A DNA stretch of 64,000 bases from Squalus acanthias (lineage: Eukaryota): positions 105,712,001 to 105,776,000 of the forward strand of contig CM059431.1 in assembly GCA_030390025.1 (NCBI GenBank), given 5' to 3'. This document shows, in pieces, positions 37,461 through 50,858 of this stretch (its first letter is position 1; each line of letters begins with the position of its first letter). The notes beneath the pieces were generated by a model. It was not told where the DNA came from. It saw only the letters and a list, made by a program, of their open reading frames with translations, and searched no databases. Made by a program: the position numbers and the translations under genes.

Positions 37461-38389
37461 TTTATTATTGGTACATCCATTCTTTTGACCAACACTAACT
37501 GTTGACATTCGTGAAGCACTGACTATACTCATTGTTCCAGTACTTGAAATTCTAAATTTTGGTGTTTGTCTTGAATATTGTACACTATGCTTTATTTTTT
37601 TTTAATCGGCTTGATGCCATAGCCAGAGTACATCACCATGTTTTTATTAGACTTACTTAATTTTGTACACAGTTTATTGTAAATTGACTGTGGCATTACA
37701 ATACATTGAGCTCCTATGTATAATTTAACACAAACAGCCCTGCATTAATCATGAGGTCGACAGTCCAGTTAACATCATCTCCTATTTGAATCACACCCAT
37801 AAAAATATCCATTCTCCGTAAAGAAGTAGGTTAGACAATGTCCTTTCATCGCAGGTACTAGCCTGGACTGAAAGCCTCCTCTGTCTGCTAGCTTATAGAG
37901 TCCTATATGAAATAAGTTCAGAATGTATTAATCCTGTTCCTAATAGGCATGGACCTAAACCACAAAGCTGCCCAGGATTAGTATGATCACTCAGATAGAC
38001 CTAAGAATTGTTAGTGAAGGAAATGGGATAAATGCCACACTTCTGTACTAGGGGGTGTTCTTGTGAGTCTTGTGTAGTCTAAAATGGAAAGTGTTCCATT
38101 CATTGGAACAGATAGCCCTCATATTGAACACAAATCTCACTACGAGTGCTTTTCCACTTTTCATTCTTTGCTTGTCTGATGAGGATGGTTTTGCTTTGGC
38201 TGTGAACATTTTAGCAAAATGGTTTCATTTTTAACACTGCATACACATTTGTCCACATAGTGGACATTTATTCACCCTGAAACGATTTACCACAGTAATT
38301 TCAATCCATGATCTGTTGTTGGCAGCTGTCTGGTTGTATTCCCATTGTATCAAAAGATATCTCTGTTCCAGTCATATTATCTATAGCAC

Positions 38390-38790
38390 TGCGGTGTCAT
38401 ATTTGACCCAGAAATGAGCTTCCGACCACATATCCGCGCCATAACTAAGACCGCCTATTTCCACCTCAGTAACATCACCCATCTCTGCCCTTGCCTCAGC
38501 TCATCTGCTGCTGAAACCCTCATCCATGCTTTTGTTACCTCTAGATTTGACTATTCCATCACACTCCTGGCTGGTCTCCCACGTTCTACCCTATGTAAAC
38601 TTGAGGTCATCCAAAACTCTGCTGCCGTGTCCGAACTCGCTACAAGTCCTGTTCAAAGATGTAGGTTTTAAGGAGCATCATAAAGGAAGAGGTAGAGGTG
38701 AAGAGGTTTAGGGAGGGAATGCCAGAGCTTAGGGCCTAGGCAACTGAAGACACAGCTGCCAATAGTGGAGCGAAGAAAATTAGGGGCATG
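38390..38790. mobile_element. Two L2 fragments in opposite orientation
   Basis: 38390-38640 (+): MSFRPHIRAITKTAYFHL...AETLIHAFVTSR; 38655-38790 (-) matches the L2 tail. Confidence 0.8.
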
Positions 38791-39468
38791 CATAAACATA
38801 TTATACACCTCTATCACGTGCAGTAAAGTACTGACCTGCATTCTGTCTGTTTTGGCTCCCAGGTCAATTGCTGTTGCACATACTTCAAGGTGTCATTTCC
38901 AGTTCTTCCCCACTTCCTGATCGTCTCATTTGTTCTGGGAGCCTTACACCTTATACTTTTATACAACTTCCCACACCATGTAAAATTTTGTAACCTATCT
39001 TAATACAACATTGAGGAAAATACATGCAACACGTCTCTATCTTTAGTCAAAATGGCTGCCTCCAGCTGAGCACCTGATGCTGTTTATATATCAGTCCCGC
39101 CTCTGACCTCGAGATGGCTTTATACAACTTTTTACAGATCCTGACAAGAAGGGACAGAGTAATGGACCATTATGAATGTTTTCTAAGAGGTGTTTGTCAT
39201 TTGACAAGTCTACATGTCTAATCCGTCTCTGTATTTCACACATTATGCATAGATGCCAACCTAGAAAACTAGCAAAAGCTGACACACACCCCAAAAGGTT
39301 GGCAACTGAAGAACGTCCTTGACATGTGAGAACAAGTAGTCACACAGGCTTTGTACCTTAAAACTCTAGATATATTCACCATTGCTTCACTTGTATTAGG
39401 GGAGGATAAAACATAAGTACATGGAAGCCTTAAGAGGAAATCCAAGCATTGAAGGCGTAAAATGTGTT

Positions 39469-40172
39469 CAACAACAACAACAACAACAACTTGTATTTAT
39501 ATAGCGCCTTTAACATAGTAAAATGTCCCAAGGCGCTGCACAGGAGCATTATAAAACAAAAATATGACACCGAGCCACATAAGAATTTAGGGCAGATGAC
39601 CAAAAGCTTGCTCAAAGAGGTAGGTTTTAAGGAGTGCCTTAAAGGAGGGAAGAGAGGTAGAGAGGCGGAGAGGTTTAGGCAGGGAATTCCAGAGCTTAGG
39701 GCCTAGGCAGCTGAAGGCACGGCCACCAATGGTTGAGCGATTATAATCAGGGATGCTCAAGAGGGCAGAATTAGAGGAGGGCAGATATCTCGGGGGGTTG
39801 TGGAGCTGGAGGAGGTTACAGAGATAAGGGGGGGGGAGGCGAGGCCATGGAGGGATTTGAAAACAAGGATGAGAATTTTGAAATCGAGGCGTTGCTTAAC
39901 CGGGAGCCAATGTAGGTCAGCGAGCACAGGGGTGATGGGTGAACGGGACTTGGTGCAAGTTAGGAACGGGCAGCAGAGTTTTGGATGACCTCAAGTTTAT
40001 GTAGGGTAGAACGTGGGCGGCCAGCCAGGAGTGTGTTGGAATAGTCAAGTCTAGAGGTAACAAAGGCATGGATGAGGGTTTCAGCAGCGGATGAACTGAG
40101 GCAGCAGCATAGATGGGTATTGTTATGGAGGTGGAAATAGGTTGTCTTGGTTATGCCGTGGATATGTGGTTC
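39469..40172 (-). mobile_element. L2 LINE 3' end
   Basis: (AAC)n tail at 39469-39490; close match to 57533-58230. Confidence 0.9.
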
Positions 40173-40231
40173 ATTTCTAAGAGAGTTTCGAGGTATGCTT
40201 CCCAGGAACAACATTTGAGCCTTTGCGTTAA

Positions 40232-41074
40232 ACATAGAAACATAGAAACATAGAAGATAGGAGCAGGAGTAGGCCATTCAGCCCCTCGAGCCTGCTCCGC
40301 CATTCAATGCGATCATGGCTGATCATCCAAATTCAGTACCCTGTCCCTGCTTTCTCCCCATATCCCTTGGTCCCTTTAACCTTAAGAAATATATCTATCT
40401 CCTTCTTGAATATATTTAATGAATTGGCCTCAACTGCCTTCTGTGGTAGAGAATTCCACAGGTTCACCACTCTCTGGGTGAAGAAATTCCTCCTCATCTC
40501 AGTCCTAAATGGCTTACCCCTTATCCTTAGACTGTGACCCCTGGTTCTGGACTCCCCCGCCATCAGGAACATCCTCCCTGCATCTAGTCTGTTTAGTCCT
40601 GTTAGAATTTTATAAGTTTCAATGAGATCCCCTCTCATTCTTCTAAACTCTAGCGAATATAAGCCTAATCGACCCAATCTCTCTTCATACGTCATTCCTG
40701 CCATCCCAGGTATCAGTCTGGTAAATCTTCGCTGCACTCCCTCCATGGCAAGAACATCCTTCCTCAGATAAGGCGACCAAAACTGCACACAATACTCAAG
40801 GTGTGGTCTCACCAAGGCCCTGTACAACTGCAGCAAGACATCCTTGCTCCTGTACTCGAATCCTCTCGCTATGAAGGCCAACATACCATTTGCCTTCTTA
40901 ACCGCCTGCTGCACCTGCATACTTACCTTCAGCGACTGCTGCACAAGGACACCCAGGTCTCGTTCCATTTCCCCTTTTCCCAATCTATTGCCGTTCAGAT
41001 AATAATCTGCCTTCCTGTTTTTGCCACCAAAGTGGATAACCTCGCATTTATCCACATTATACTGCATCTGCCAT
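40232..41074 (-). mobile_element. CR1 LINE, 5'-truncated, open RT C-terminal frame (40333-41067)
   Basis: 244-aa ORF QYNVDKCEVIHFG...LVRPHLEYCVQFWSP; same subfamily as 20040-21525. Confidence 0.95.
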
Positions 41075-41254
41075 AATGCATTCTAGTTCCTTTTAAGCAC
41101 TTTTATAATTTACGATTAATCGATTTTTGATTTTTTTTTAAATGGAAACAGGGCAACATTTGGATCAACCTCACCATCACTTACCAAAAGTCATCTCAGC
41201 AGTCATCTTCTCATGTCCGACTCCTACTCGCTCAGTTTACAAAAACACTGCATC

Positions 41255-42030
41255 CCATTCCCCTCCCCATCCTGTCATAGAGACACTCTCTTCTCCAACA
41301 CTCCCTCTTTCAATCTGACACTCTTGCTCCTCTCTCTCAATTCAACCTGGCAATCTTCAATCCCTTCAACATAACTGAGCAGGTACTCTTCTTCCAATCT
41401 CCCTCTTTCAAGCTGTTACTCCTCCCTTTCCCCCAGAGTTCATGGTGTCGTCCTTAACCTCCACCCCCCTCTCCCCCCCACCCCACCCCACTCCCACACA
41501 GTTTATGTTGGCATCAGTCCTTCCTTTCCCTCGCAGTTTATGCTGGCAGTCTCCTTCCTCTACCAGCCCAAAGCACCATTCCCAGCTTCCCTTTCCTCTT
41601 CATTATCATCCATAACCCCTTCCTTGTACTGCCATTCTTTTTTCTCCTCCTTCATTGCCACTGATTTCCCCTTTCTCTCTCCCCTTGAGTTCACCCCTTC
41701 ACTTCCCTTCCCTCTCCCCTTCACAGCCATGTAGTTGCTCCTCTTCACTGCCATCCATTCCCACTTCCCCTTTCCCCTGCTCATCAATTTTCCTCTTGCC
41801 ATGCGTTGTGCCCTCTTCTCTTGCTATACCTCCTATTCCCTTCATACTGTTTGCTGTACATTCTGTGCCCTCCCTGTGCATTCTTCACACTCGCATTGCT
41901 ATGAATTCTAACCTCTTCCTTTTCCTTGCCATACATTCTTCCCCTTCCTTCCACTTGCATTCTCTTACCCCCCTCGCCCACCCCACCCCCATGCTCTGCC
42001 CTTGCATTCTCGCTGCCCCTTCATTATACA
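41255..42030. repeat. Pyrimidine-rich low-complexity region with a decayed tandem motif
   Basis: Recurrent TGCCAT(N)CATTC and TTCCCT motifs; strong C/T bias on the + strand. Confidence 0.7.
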
Positions 42031-43093
42031 GAGGCAGCAATCAGGACCAGTAGTGCTGAGAGCGAATGAAGAGAAGGAATATTGTCGGCCCAATGCATTT
42101 GCCACTAGATTCAGATGGAGCTTGAATGGGGTTACAGAGGGGGCCTAGGTACCAAATGTTGACACATCAACCAGACCCCCAAACACTGACGATTGTGTGA
42201 TATGATTATATTAATGTCTACAGGTCTAAGGCCATCTTCATTTCAATCAAAGTGGATTTTGTGCTGCATACCAAAAATGGTAGCCACAGGTATATTCCAG
42301 CATATAACCTATTTTTCAAAGTATTTTTAACTTGCTTTTCAATTCATCCCCTGAAGACACTGACTCATGCAGGGGTACAGTTCTACCTGTAGCCCTCTGA
42401 TACCCTGTCCAGATGGTCGTTCTTCGTGTATGAGCCTAGACACTGAGTCATGGGGCATTGCTATCAAGCCTTATCCTGTCCTTATCCAACATCCAGAAAA
42501 ATGAAGTCTCCGGCTGGGGTTAGCAGATAGTTATCTGGTACTAAAACTGTCAGCTTTTCCCCTCTAAGAGGTGAGGTCAACTTACTGGCACTATTTCAAA
42601 AAGAGCAAGGGAGTTCACCCCAGTGTCCTGGCCAATATTTATCGCTCAACCAACATCATTAAACAGATTTGGACACTGCTCCCGCTAGCACTACATCCAA
42701 ATCTTCTCCAATGGTCTCCTGTGTGGTACTTAGTCAAGGGCTTTCTGAAAATCCATCCACTGTATTTACCACATCTATCGTTTCTGTCAATCTTGCTAAT
42801 TCGGGGGTTGCGGGGAATGGGATTTGACAACAGGGCAATTGTGGACAGCCTCGTTGGGCTCTGATTAAAATAAAATGTATTTGTCTTATTGACAGAGACA
42901 GCACTACTGGCGGACAACTGTGATTTTGCCCACCGCGCAATGCTGGTGGACTCCATAACTTGTGATTTTTGCTGCCCTGCTCACTGAGTCCCCACTGGGG
43001 AAAAGGAGAAATTGCAACCCTTATATATGATCGCAAGGCACCAAGTGACTGTCAAGGTGAGTTCCTAGTCTCAAATGTGCCATCCTGGGAGGT

Positions 43094-44382
43094 TAGGGTT
43101 GGCTTGGCAACCATCCAGGTTTATCCTGGAGTTTCTAGGAATTAAAAATTAATCTCCAGAACACTGCTGCAAGCGACCAGGGAGAAAACTCTCTGGGGCA
43201 TTAGAAGCAATTGTGATTTAGCATTTTCTTTGAACACTTTGGGGTAAAAATTCAGTTGGTTGCGCCTCCTGTTAGCGCCTTAAGAGGGCGCTAATGGGGC
43301 GCAAAGCCGCTAACGCCCGGGTGCAGTGATGTTTGCGCCGCTCGGGAACTTAACTAGAGATTGTGCGGCGGCGCTAAAACTTACCGCTGCGACCACCTGC
43401 GCGTGCAGATTGTGACGTCATTCCATGGTGCAACGCCCTTGTGGCGCCCCGGAGCGGAAATTGAGTGGCGCCCCCTGCCTTACCGCCTGGCGCATCCAAC
43501 GACCAGAAGACTGGAATGCTATCAATCGCTGTGGGGCTGGGGGGGGCGCTATTTAAAGGGGGCCTCTTCGTGTCTTTTATTGCTGGTGGCATTTTTGAAC
43601 TACGCATTCTGAGAGAGAGAGGGAGAGACTTCTGGAGAGATTCAACGTTGTGTGAAGGAGTTTTGGGTACTGAGCAGCACTTTGCAGGTTCATTTTGATT
43701 TGCCATTCCTTGTATCGATTTAGCAGAGACTGTGGGAGCTGCACTCTAAGCTCTTTGCCTGGTACTCTCCATTGTTCTTTCCAGCACATTTGATGTGCAA
43801 GTCTCTCCAGGCCGAGATTCAAGGCTGCAATGAACAGGATGTGGATGGAAAGCAAGATTAACCATCCCCTTTATGAACTGGCCCGTGCCATTGTGTGTGT
43901 GTTCCATTGCTGACTGACATTACATGAGCTTCGCCAGCGCTCTGAGTTAGCGCCTCACTCCTTGGCCATTGCGCCTTAAGACAGGTGTGCAGTGCCTGCT
44001 TTAGCGCTCCACTCACCTCCCGGGGCGGTAAAAGTGAAGTTTCCAGTCAGTGCCGATAATTAGCGCCAGGCGCTAATATTTGCGTCCAGACGATATTTGC
44101 GCCCCAAATGGGGAGCAACCTAATTTCTACCCCTTTAATTTATTAGTTGCAAAAATATTGGTGATGGGGTGGGGGGTGGGGCGGGTGGAAAGGCTGTTTG
44201 CCTAACAGTCAAGGTTAATTCAATTGGGTAATAAAGATTCTATTTGCTTTCCAATTGGCTGTGGGAAGGCAGGGAGCCCGAAGGATGGACCAATGGTGGG
44301 CGTGAGGGGGCGGGACGGTTTGAGGCAGGAGGTCATGTGATGAAAGCTCCAGGAATACAACCAACCAGAGTTGGCAGCCCTA
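43094..44382. mobile_element. Probable hAT-type MITE hosting a Harbinger MITE
   Basis: Termini TAGGGTTG... / ...TTGGCAGCCCTA; no clear TSD. Confidence 0.4.
43241..44133. mobile_element. Harbinger-type MITE, CpG-rich
   Basis: TIR GGGGTAAAAATT / AATTTCTACCCC; TSD TTT; many subterminal GGCGCT/AGCGCC motifs. Confidence 0.8.
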
Positions 44383-44772
44383 TTGGAGGCGTTAATAAGA
44401 AGCCTGGGATCTGGATTGAAGGAAACAAGAGTGAATGCCATTTCAAGCTATTCTGCACACTTGCAAACAACTGATCATGCAACAATACGAGCAGCGGCTT
44501 GGGAGAAGATTGCTAGTCTATCCAGTTGGAGGATCAGAAAAGAAAAGGAGACTAAATATACTGTTAAATAAATAAAAATGTGCACCACATTTGCTTAAAC
44601 ACACAAAAAAGTACTTTAATACTGTGTCTGTAACCTGTGTCCACTTTCTTGAACTTCAAAACCTAAAATGTTTTTCTTCACATACCAAAGTCAAACAACT
44701 GATGCATTGCATTCAAACTGAATTAAAGTGATATAGAGAGAGTTTCACCAGCCAATTCTCCCTCTCTTCCTT

Positions 44773-45180
44773 TTTATTTATTCGTTCCTAGGATGTGGGC
44801 GTCGCTGGCAAGGCCAGCATTTATTGCCCATCCCTAATTGCCCTTGAGAAGGTGGTGGTGAGCCGCCTTCTTGAACCACTGCAGTCCGTGTGGTGAAGGT
44901 GCTCCCACGGTGCTGTTAGGGAGGGAGTTCCAGGATTTTGACCCAGCGGCGATGAAGGATCGGCGATATATTTCCAAGCCAGGATGGTGTGTGACTTGGA
45001 GGGGAACTTGGAGGTGGTGGTGTTCCCATGCGCCTGCTGCCCTTGTCCTTCTAGGCGGTAGAGGTCGCGGGTTTGGGAGGTGCTGCCGAAGAAGCCTTGG
45101 CAAGTTGCTGCAGTGCATCTTGTAGATGGTACACACTGCAGCCACGGTACGCCGGTGGTGGAGGGAGTGAATGTTTAAGT
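44773..45180 (-). mobile_element. 3' end of the third CR1/L2-clade LINE family
   Basis: AAVCTIYKMHCSNLPRLLRQHLP...RSFIAAGSKSWNSLP. Confidence 0.85.
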
Positions 45181-45472
45181 TACACTCACCTCCTTTACTG
45201 ATATATACATTACTGCCATGTTATGACTGTATAAATGGCAATGTATTGTGGGAGAAGTCTCAGACGTGACTGAAAGTATTATTATATCACAAGCTGAACA
45301 CGGCAGCCCACAAAGCCGGTCAATGTTCGTATAATGTTTTTAGAAATTGTGAGAATTGCGTTGGTTAACCTTTAATGGAAATACTTTTAGTAGTGTAATA
45401 TCAGAATAAAGAAGGAAGGAGAGGAATATAGAATAAAGGAAGGACAAAGTGATCTATTGAGTTGACAACTAT

Positions 45473-46190
45473 GGGCTATATTTTGCGACCCCTACGGGTG
45501 CGTGCGAGGTGTGTACGCGCCCGTAAGGGATGCGCAAGTGCCGTGTTTAGGCATGCGAAGTGCATGCGCTGAAACCCGGCACTTGCGATCTGTCAGATTC
45601 TCCGCATCCCCAGGAAAAGGGCCTCCGCCGGTGGAGAGTTGCGCTATTTGCCCAACTTCCGCCCGCTGAAAGGCCAAGGAATTCTTATGCCTGGTAAAAG
45701 CAGGAGTAAGGCTTGCTTTTACCAGCATAAGAGTTTTAAAAAATAGAAAAATAAAATGTTATCACTCACTTACACATTAAAAATCCTGTCCAATAAGGTA
45801 ACTTTATTTTTAGCCCCGAAAATTTCAAAAAATGCAATTTAAAAAAAATATTTAATTAAATGCCATTTTAATTAATTTTATATATGTAATTTTAAAAAAT
45901 GTATTTCATGTGTTTGTGTATTGTTTAAGTCATCCCCATTCGTACATACGGAACTGTCAAAAGTATGAATGGGGATTCCCTTCTTTCATTGGTTGGGCCG
46001 GCCCACCTGATCCCAGGGGCGCTTGCGAACCGCGCGCACCCCTGGGACACGTGGGCCTCTATGCATTTCTACCAGGAGAGGCCCAGGATCGCGAGCCTCC
46101 GTATCTCCCGAACCACCAGGTAAATGCGTAGAAAATTTGATGATTGGCGGTGTCCGCCCGCGGGAAGCCTCCGATCGCAAATTCAGGCCC
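45473..46190. mobile_element. Harbinger-type MITE
   Basis: Termini GGGCTATATTTTGCGA / TCGCAAATTCAGGCCC; homologous to 34863-36060. Confidence 0.8.
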
Positions 46191-47569
46191 TTTATCTCGT
46201 CTGTTGTTTGGCGCACAGCCATTGAAATTGGTGACAAAATAAATTCAGATCACAATTTTTATAACTCTTCATTGTTACGTAAACTACCTTGCGTTCTATT
46301 TCTACAGAAAGTAAAGTTGGGGATGCTGCCAAGTACCTATTAAATGCCTGACAACATTCCTCCCTTCTTGTGCTGTGTTACGGTAAATTAATTTTTTGTG
46401 TCATGCCAGATGAAATAGAGAAATCAAAGTAATTAAATTTGTTCAAACGATTCTAATATTTCATTTAGTTTAATGACATAGATTTATAGTCTGAGAAGTT
46501 CGCTTTTGGTGAAGCTATTTTTCATTAAATCATAGTTATGCAGCAACTGCATTTGCATTTGAACAGGTGTTCAAGCTCATGGGTGCAATTTTCACAAACA
46601 AAGATCATGTAACTGGGAAGGGGAAAAAAAAACATTTAGCTATGATTGCATTTAAAGTCAAACTGTACAATAATTAAGACACACAGATCTCGGGAAGGCA
46701 AATGGAGAAGTTGTGCTGAATCAGACACAGCTGGTCCAAGTGTATTGCTGCGATTTATAAATTGAAAACTCATGTTGATCCGACATGTATTAATGTAACA
46801 TGAAAATGTTTAGGACGAAACTGTTGCTTCCAATTAAGCTTCCTCTTGGTGAACCTTGTTCTTTTAATTGTAACTCCTTCAACTAGAGTGTTTCCATTGT
46901 GTCTTCATAATGAGATTTTCCAGTAATGACTCCCCAGCTTAGTCTTCCCTTAGTCTTCATCTAGCAAGGCTTCCTCATACTGAAATTCCACAGTGGCCTT
47001 TACTTAGCATCTTCTGTCCCCTACCAATCTGGACTTGCCCAATTCATTTTTTGGCCCTGTTTTAGGTTCTTAGACTTGCAACTAATACTGCCATTAGGTG
47101 CATCCCAAAAAATGGCTTTCCAATCATATCTCAAAATCAGTGCAAACACCATACCAAGCCTATAGTATTTATAGCACCGCGACAATGATTCCTGATTGAA
47201 CTAGGCTTCTCTGAGAGTAAATTTGAACATCTGGTTTCCCCTGAAAGCTAACATGACTCAAGATTGGCATACACTGCAAGTGTTTTTCCCTCCTTTGACG
47301 GTCGAGGGAATGTGATGCCTTTTCACCTGAGTCGAATCCCATCAATATGGGGAGTGAGTATTATCATTGGCCAGCATTCTTCAATGCTTTCTTCATCTGC
47401 AATTTCAGTGGGTTATAATTTGTATAAATGTAGGGAGAGAACTCAATGGCCTAGAGATTCGGGCACTCCCATTTTTTTGGCATGGTGAGGGGGGGTTGTG
47501 TTGGCGTCCGTGCCGGGAACAAAACCTGCGTCTGACTAGTGAGGTCTGAGGTGCACCTGATATTGGGCC

Positions 47570-48330
47570 TTGGGCCTCATTACCATAACAGGCAGCTCGG
47601 CAGTGAAATAGAATTGAAGACTGGGCTACATAAATGCCACCAGCAGCCCTCAGGCAAGTGATGATGGAGGGGCGATCGAGAACAGGGGTTGTGATCGGGA
47701 AGTGGGGGGAGATCGGATTGGGAAGGGAATGATCGGGTTGGGAGGTAGCCATGGCCAGGGTGGAGGTAACATTGACCTGGGGAGGCAGCGGCGACATTCG
47801 GGGGGGGGGGGGGGTGGGGGTGGTGGCGATGGCCGGCAGCGACCCATGTTTTTTGAATGTGGGGTCGGGAGGAGCACTCCCTTGAGGTGGGGAACTGCCT
47901 TAAAATGAAGGGATCGTGACAGCTCCCAGGAAAATGATCATTCACATGCATAAGGCAGTGTTGCTGATCCCACATGAGCTGGACATTGAAAGAATGGAAT
48001 ACTTTCCTGTTGACATACATGGTGACATTTAATGAAGCCTGTATGGCTATGTGGCTGCAATTCACAACTCCCTAAACCTGGAAGGAATCCTACCACTCAA
48101 TAAAATTGCAATGCCTGGTAATTATTGATGCTGGTTGTCTTTCGGGAAGTGAATGCAGCGATGGCTCTGGTAAACAGTGCACCTGTGATGTTCTTTATCC
48201 ATCTGTGCACAGTTGATTGACAATGGTTAAGTGATGTCCCCAGTGGAAACCTGGAATGACCCAACAGCATAAATCTTCAGAATGGTGGTGACCTTTGCAG
48301 CCCTTGGCTTGAGATGATGGGAAGCAGTAG
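47570..48330 (-). pseudogene. PIF/Harbinger (HARBI1-like) DDE transposase remnant
   Basis: NCSHIAIQA...YVNRKVFHSFNVQLMWD...FPGSCHDPFILRQ, and upstream KVTTILKIYAVGSFQ; contains stops and frameshifts. Confidence 0.85.
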
Positions 48331-48389
48331 GTCGGATTGCAGGATGCGACCCAACTCAAAAAATACAGGAGAGTTCCTCATGGAAAACC

Positions 48390-48545
48390 CATTGTGCCCT
48401 CTTTAAAGTTGTGCAGACCATGTTTGTCAAAGGAAACCACTGGGTGTCTATGTCAAATTGTGCAGGATGACCTCAAGTTGCAATCTACTTCTCGCAGGAC
48501 ATCATCCGACAAGATGAAGGTCACCACAGCCCTGAACCTCTAAGG
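48390..48545 (+). pseudogene. Second Harbinger transposase N-terminal fragment, opposite strand
   Basis: LSKETTGCLCQIVQDDL...KVTTALNL resembles the Harbinger helix-turn-helix region. Confidence 0.6.
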
Positions 48546-49941
48546 CTCCGTATCCCACATCCCATTTCAGGGCCATAGAAAGTAATGCAAGCCTATTAAG
48601 CATCAGGTTGGAAGCATCTAACAACCTATTATAACGTAAGAAGCAACAAAGAAGCCAAGAGCAGAAGAAATAATTTGAATAAATCAAATAGGCAAGTTTT
48701 CAAAGGTTTCGCAAAAATCGCTGGGCATGTGCAACTTATCCTTGCTACACAACTTTCACTGAAAATAACAAGTGCAGTTGCAGGATCCTTGTAATTGTGC
48801 TGGAGAATATATAGATAGCACAGTAATATTGAACCTGTCCACTATGGCATGTTGCTGATGCGTTTGAAAGTCAGTCTTATTTTCCATTTGCCAACCTACC
48901 AAAAAAAAACAGTCATAGCATTTATGAATCAGCTGTCAGCCCTCTATTAGTTCCTAAAGGTTTCTGAAAATAACCTGAAAGATCCTTTAAGCAGGCTTGG
49001 TCTTAACGGCCGCTTGGATATAATGGACATCTAACTTCAATCTGTAATGATCACCTTAAGTCCTGATATTGGTCGTTATAGAGCAGGTTTTACAGCAGAT
49101 CGCAAATCTTACAAGATCCACAATTCATCCAACAGGTAGCTACAAAACTAGTTCACAAATCTCAGAGAATTCTAAATGATCCTGTCATTTCCGTGTTCTC
49201 CTCTTTCAGAGATTTTTGCAATGGTAATCAATCTCACCAAAAGAAGGAGCTTGTGCTCAGCATGCAGTTCATCTTGGAACATTTCTTTCTTTAAAATAGC
49301 ATAAAGAATGGTTCGTGACAACTTTTTCAGTGTTGCCATCAATGCGATTTTTTTTTCCATCGCTTCCAGCACTTCTGAACTGAACACTGAAATAACATGC
49401 TGCAAATGTTTCTTTATATTATTCGTTGTCCGTACAGTGCAATAGATATAAAATTGAAATGGACCAAAAGCATTTTCTTTGCATTCTACTATCACTCTAT
49501 GAAATTAAACATTTCCACCAAATCAGAAACAATAAAACATGAATTTCATCTGTGAGCAACACAACTTGTATTTAGTGTCTTAAATGTAGAAAAATGTCTC
49601 AAGGCACTGTGAAGCATTGTATTCCCATCCCATGCCCTTATCTCAGGATGTGATTGCAGTACTTGGCAAAAATTGTAATATAGTCAAATTGTGGGACCAA
49701 AGGGCATCTGTTGGGAGCAAAATGGTTCACCACAATAATTGTGTGTAGCTGTGTTATATACATTCGTGAGAACATACAGAAAAGCAGCATAATATTAGAT
49801 GTCCTTGTATAAAGGCTAAATGAATATCATGTTTCGAGAGGTTGAAGCCAAGAAAATGATGGAACACCAGCGAACTAGGCCTGGACATCTCGCACACAAA
49901 GACCCAACCACAACAAAGGCAGCAGAATGGGTAGCAGAAAA

Positions 49942-50270
49942 GTACGAACACACGAACAATGGCAGACAGGTAAAGACCATCTGGTCCATCCAGCCTGTCC
50001 CACACAATTGCAATACCTTGTACATATACACTCCACCCCACCCGAAACCATGGGATCTCCTGAGGCAAAGAAACAGATAAAAAACCCAGGCCAATTTGGG
50101 AAAAAAATCTGGCAAATTCCTTTCCAATCCATCTAGGCGATTGAAACTAGTCCAGGAGATCACTCTGGCCCTGAATTCCCTGCAGTACCTTCCTTTTGCA
50201 AGAGGTGATCTCTGCCCTGGCCAGAAACAGGTCCATCTCTCACTTGAAGGAATTCAGCGAATCAGCATCC
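49942..50270 (-). mobile_element. Unclassified retroposon 3' end with a CR1-like tail
   Basis: Reverse complement of 53790-53900 plus 54336-54525. Confidence 0.65.
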
Positions 50271-50858
50271 TCTGGGAAAAGAACCACCTCCTAAAGTAAG
50301 TATTTTTCACCCATCACACAAAACACTACAGAGCTTCTCATGCTGGGAGTGCATGTTGCTCCCACCACAACTGGACAGAAATTGTGGGAGCAGCACCCTT
50401 GAAGTCCCAGTTTCCCAATCACAGGGTACACAGAGACAGATCATGGTTAATGATACGTTCCTATTCTTTTAAGACTTGCAGCAAACTTATGTCCAGTGGA
50501 AGATCATTCCTGAGAAAATGTTAAAGCCGTTCTTGCCGAGATGTCCTGCAAAAACACAAAATCTGACTTGGCATAAATGTGACAACTTAGTACTCCCGCT
50601 GCCGAGCCTTTGGCACATATCGGGAGTTTGGAGTGTCCCATTCTCACCCTGCTCAATAGCACACCCGTTAAGCGTTTAGGATTCAACACAATGTAGAAAA
50701 TGGCAGTCTAATTCATTCGCAACAGAGCCGTGTATAATAACTGATTGAATTGATATTAGGAGTCAAATTGCGTTAAGACAATACTTCTGAGGGTAATCCT
50801 ACATGGAAAATGCAGTCTGGTGGTCATCGTGCTAAAAGTATCAACGCAGCCAAAAGTG

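Larger units (their letters stand above)
33230..37640 (-). mobile_element. Highly degenerate Ty3/Gypsy LTR retrotransposon internal region, broken by later insertions
   Basis: Pol remnants in the expected order on minus: IFSTL...TRIPFGIALAPDIF (36593-36829), VIVDNLIW...HEQRLEQVL (36376-36567), NCLGKFLSNLSDVTKP...VDASS (34206-34490), DELTIEEGPIFKSHKALVPAS (~33260-33340). Confidence 0.8.

Noticed and set aside
47570..48330. Domesticated HARBI1 gene
   Set aside because: Stops, frameshifts and a decayed catalytic motif (NCSH in place of DCTH) indicate a dead transposon copy
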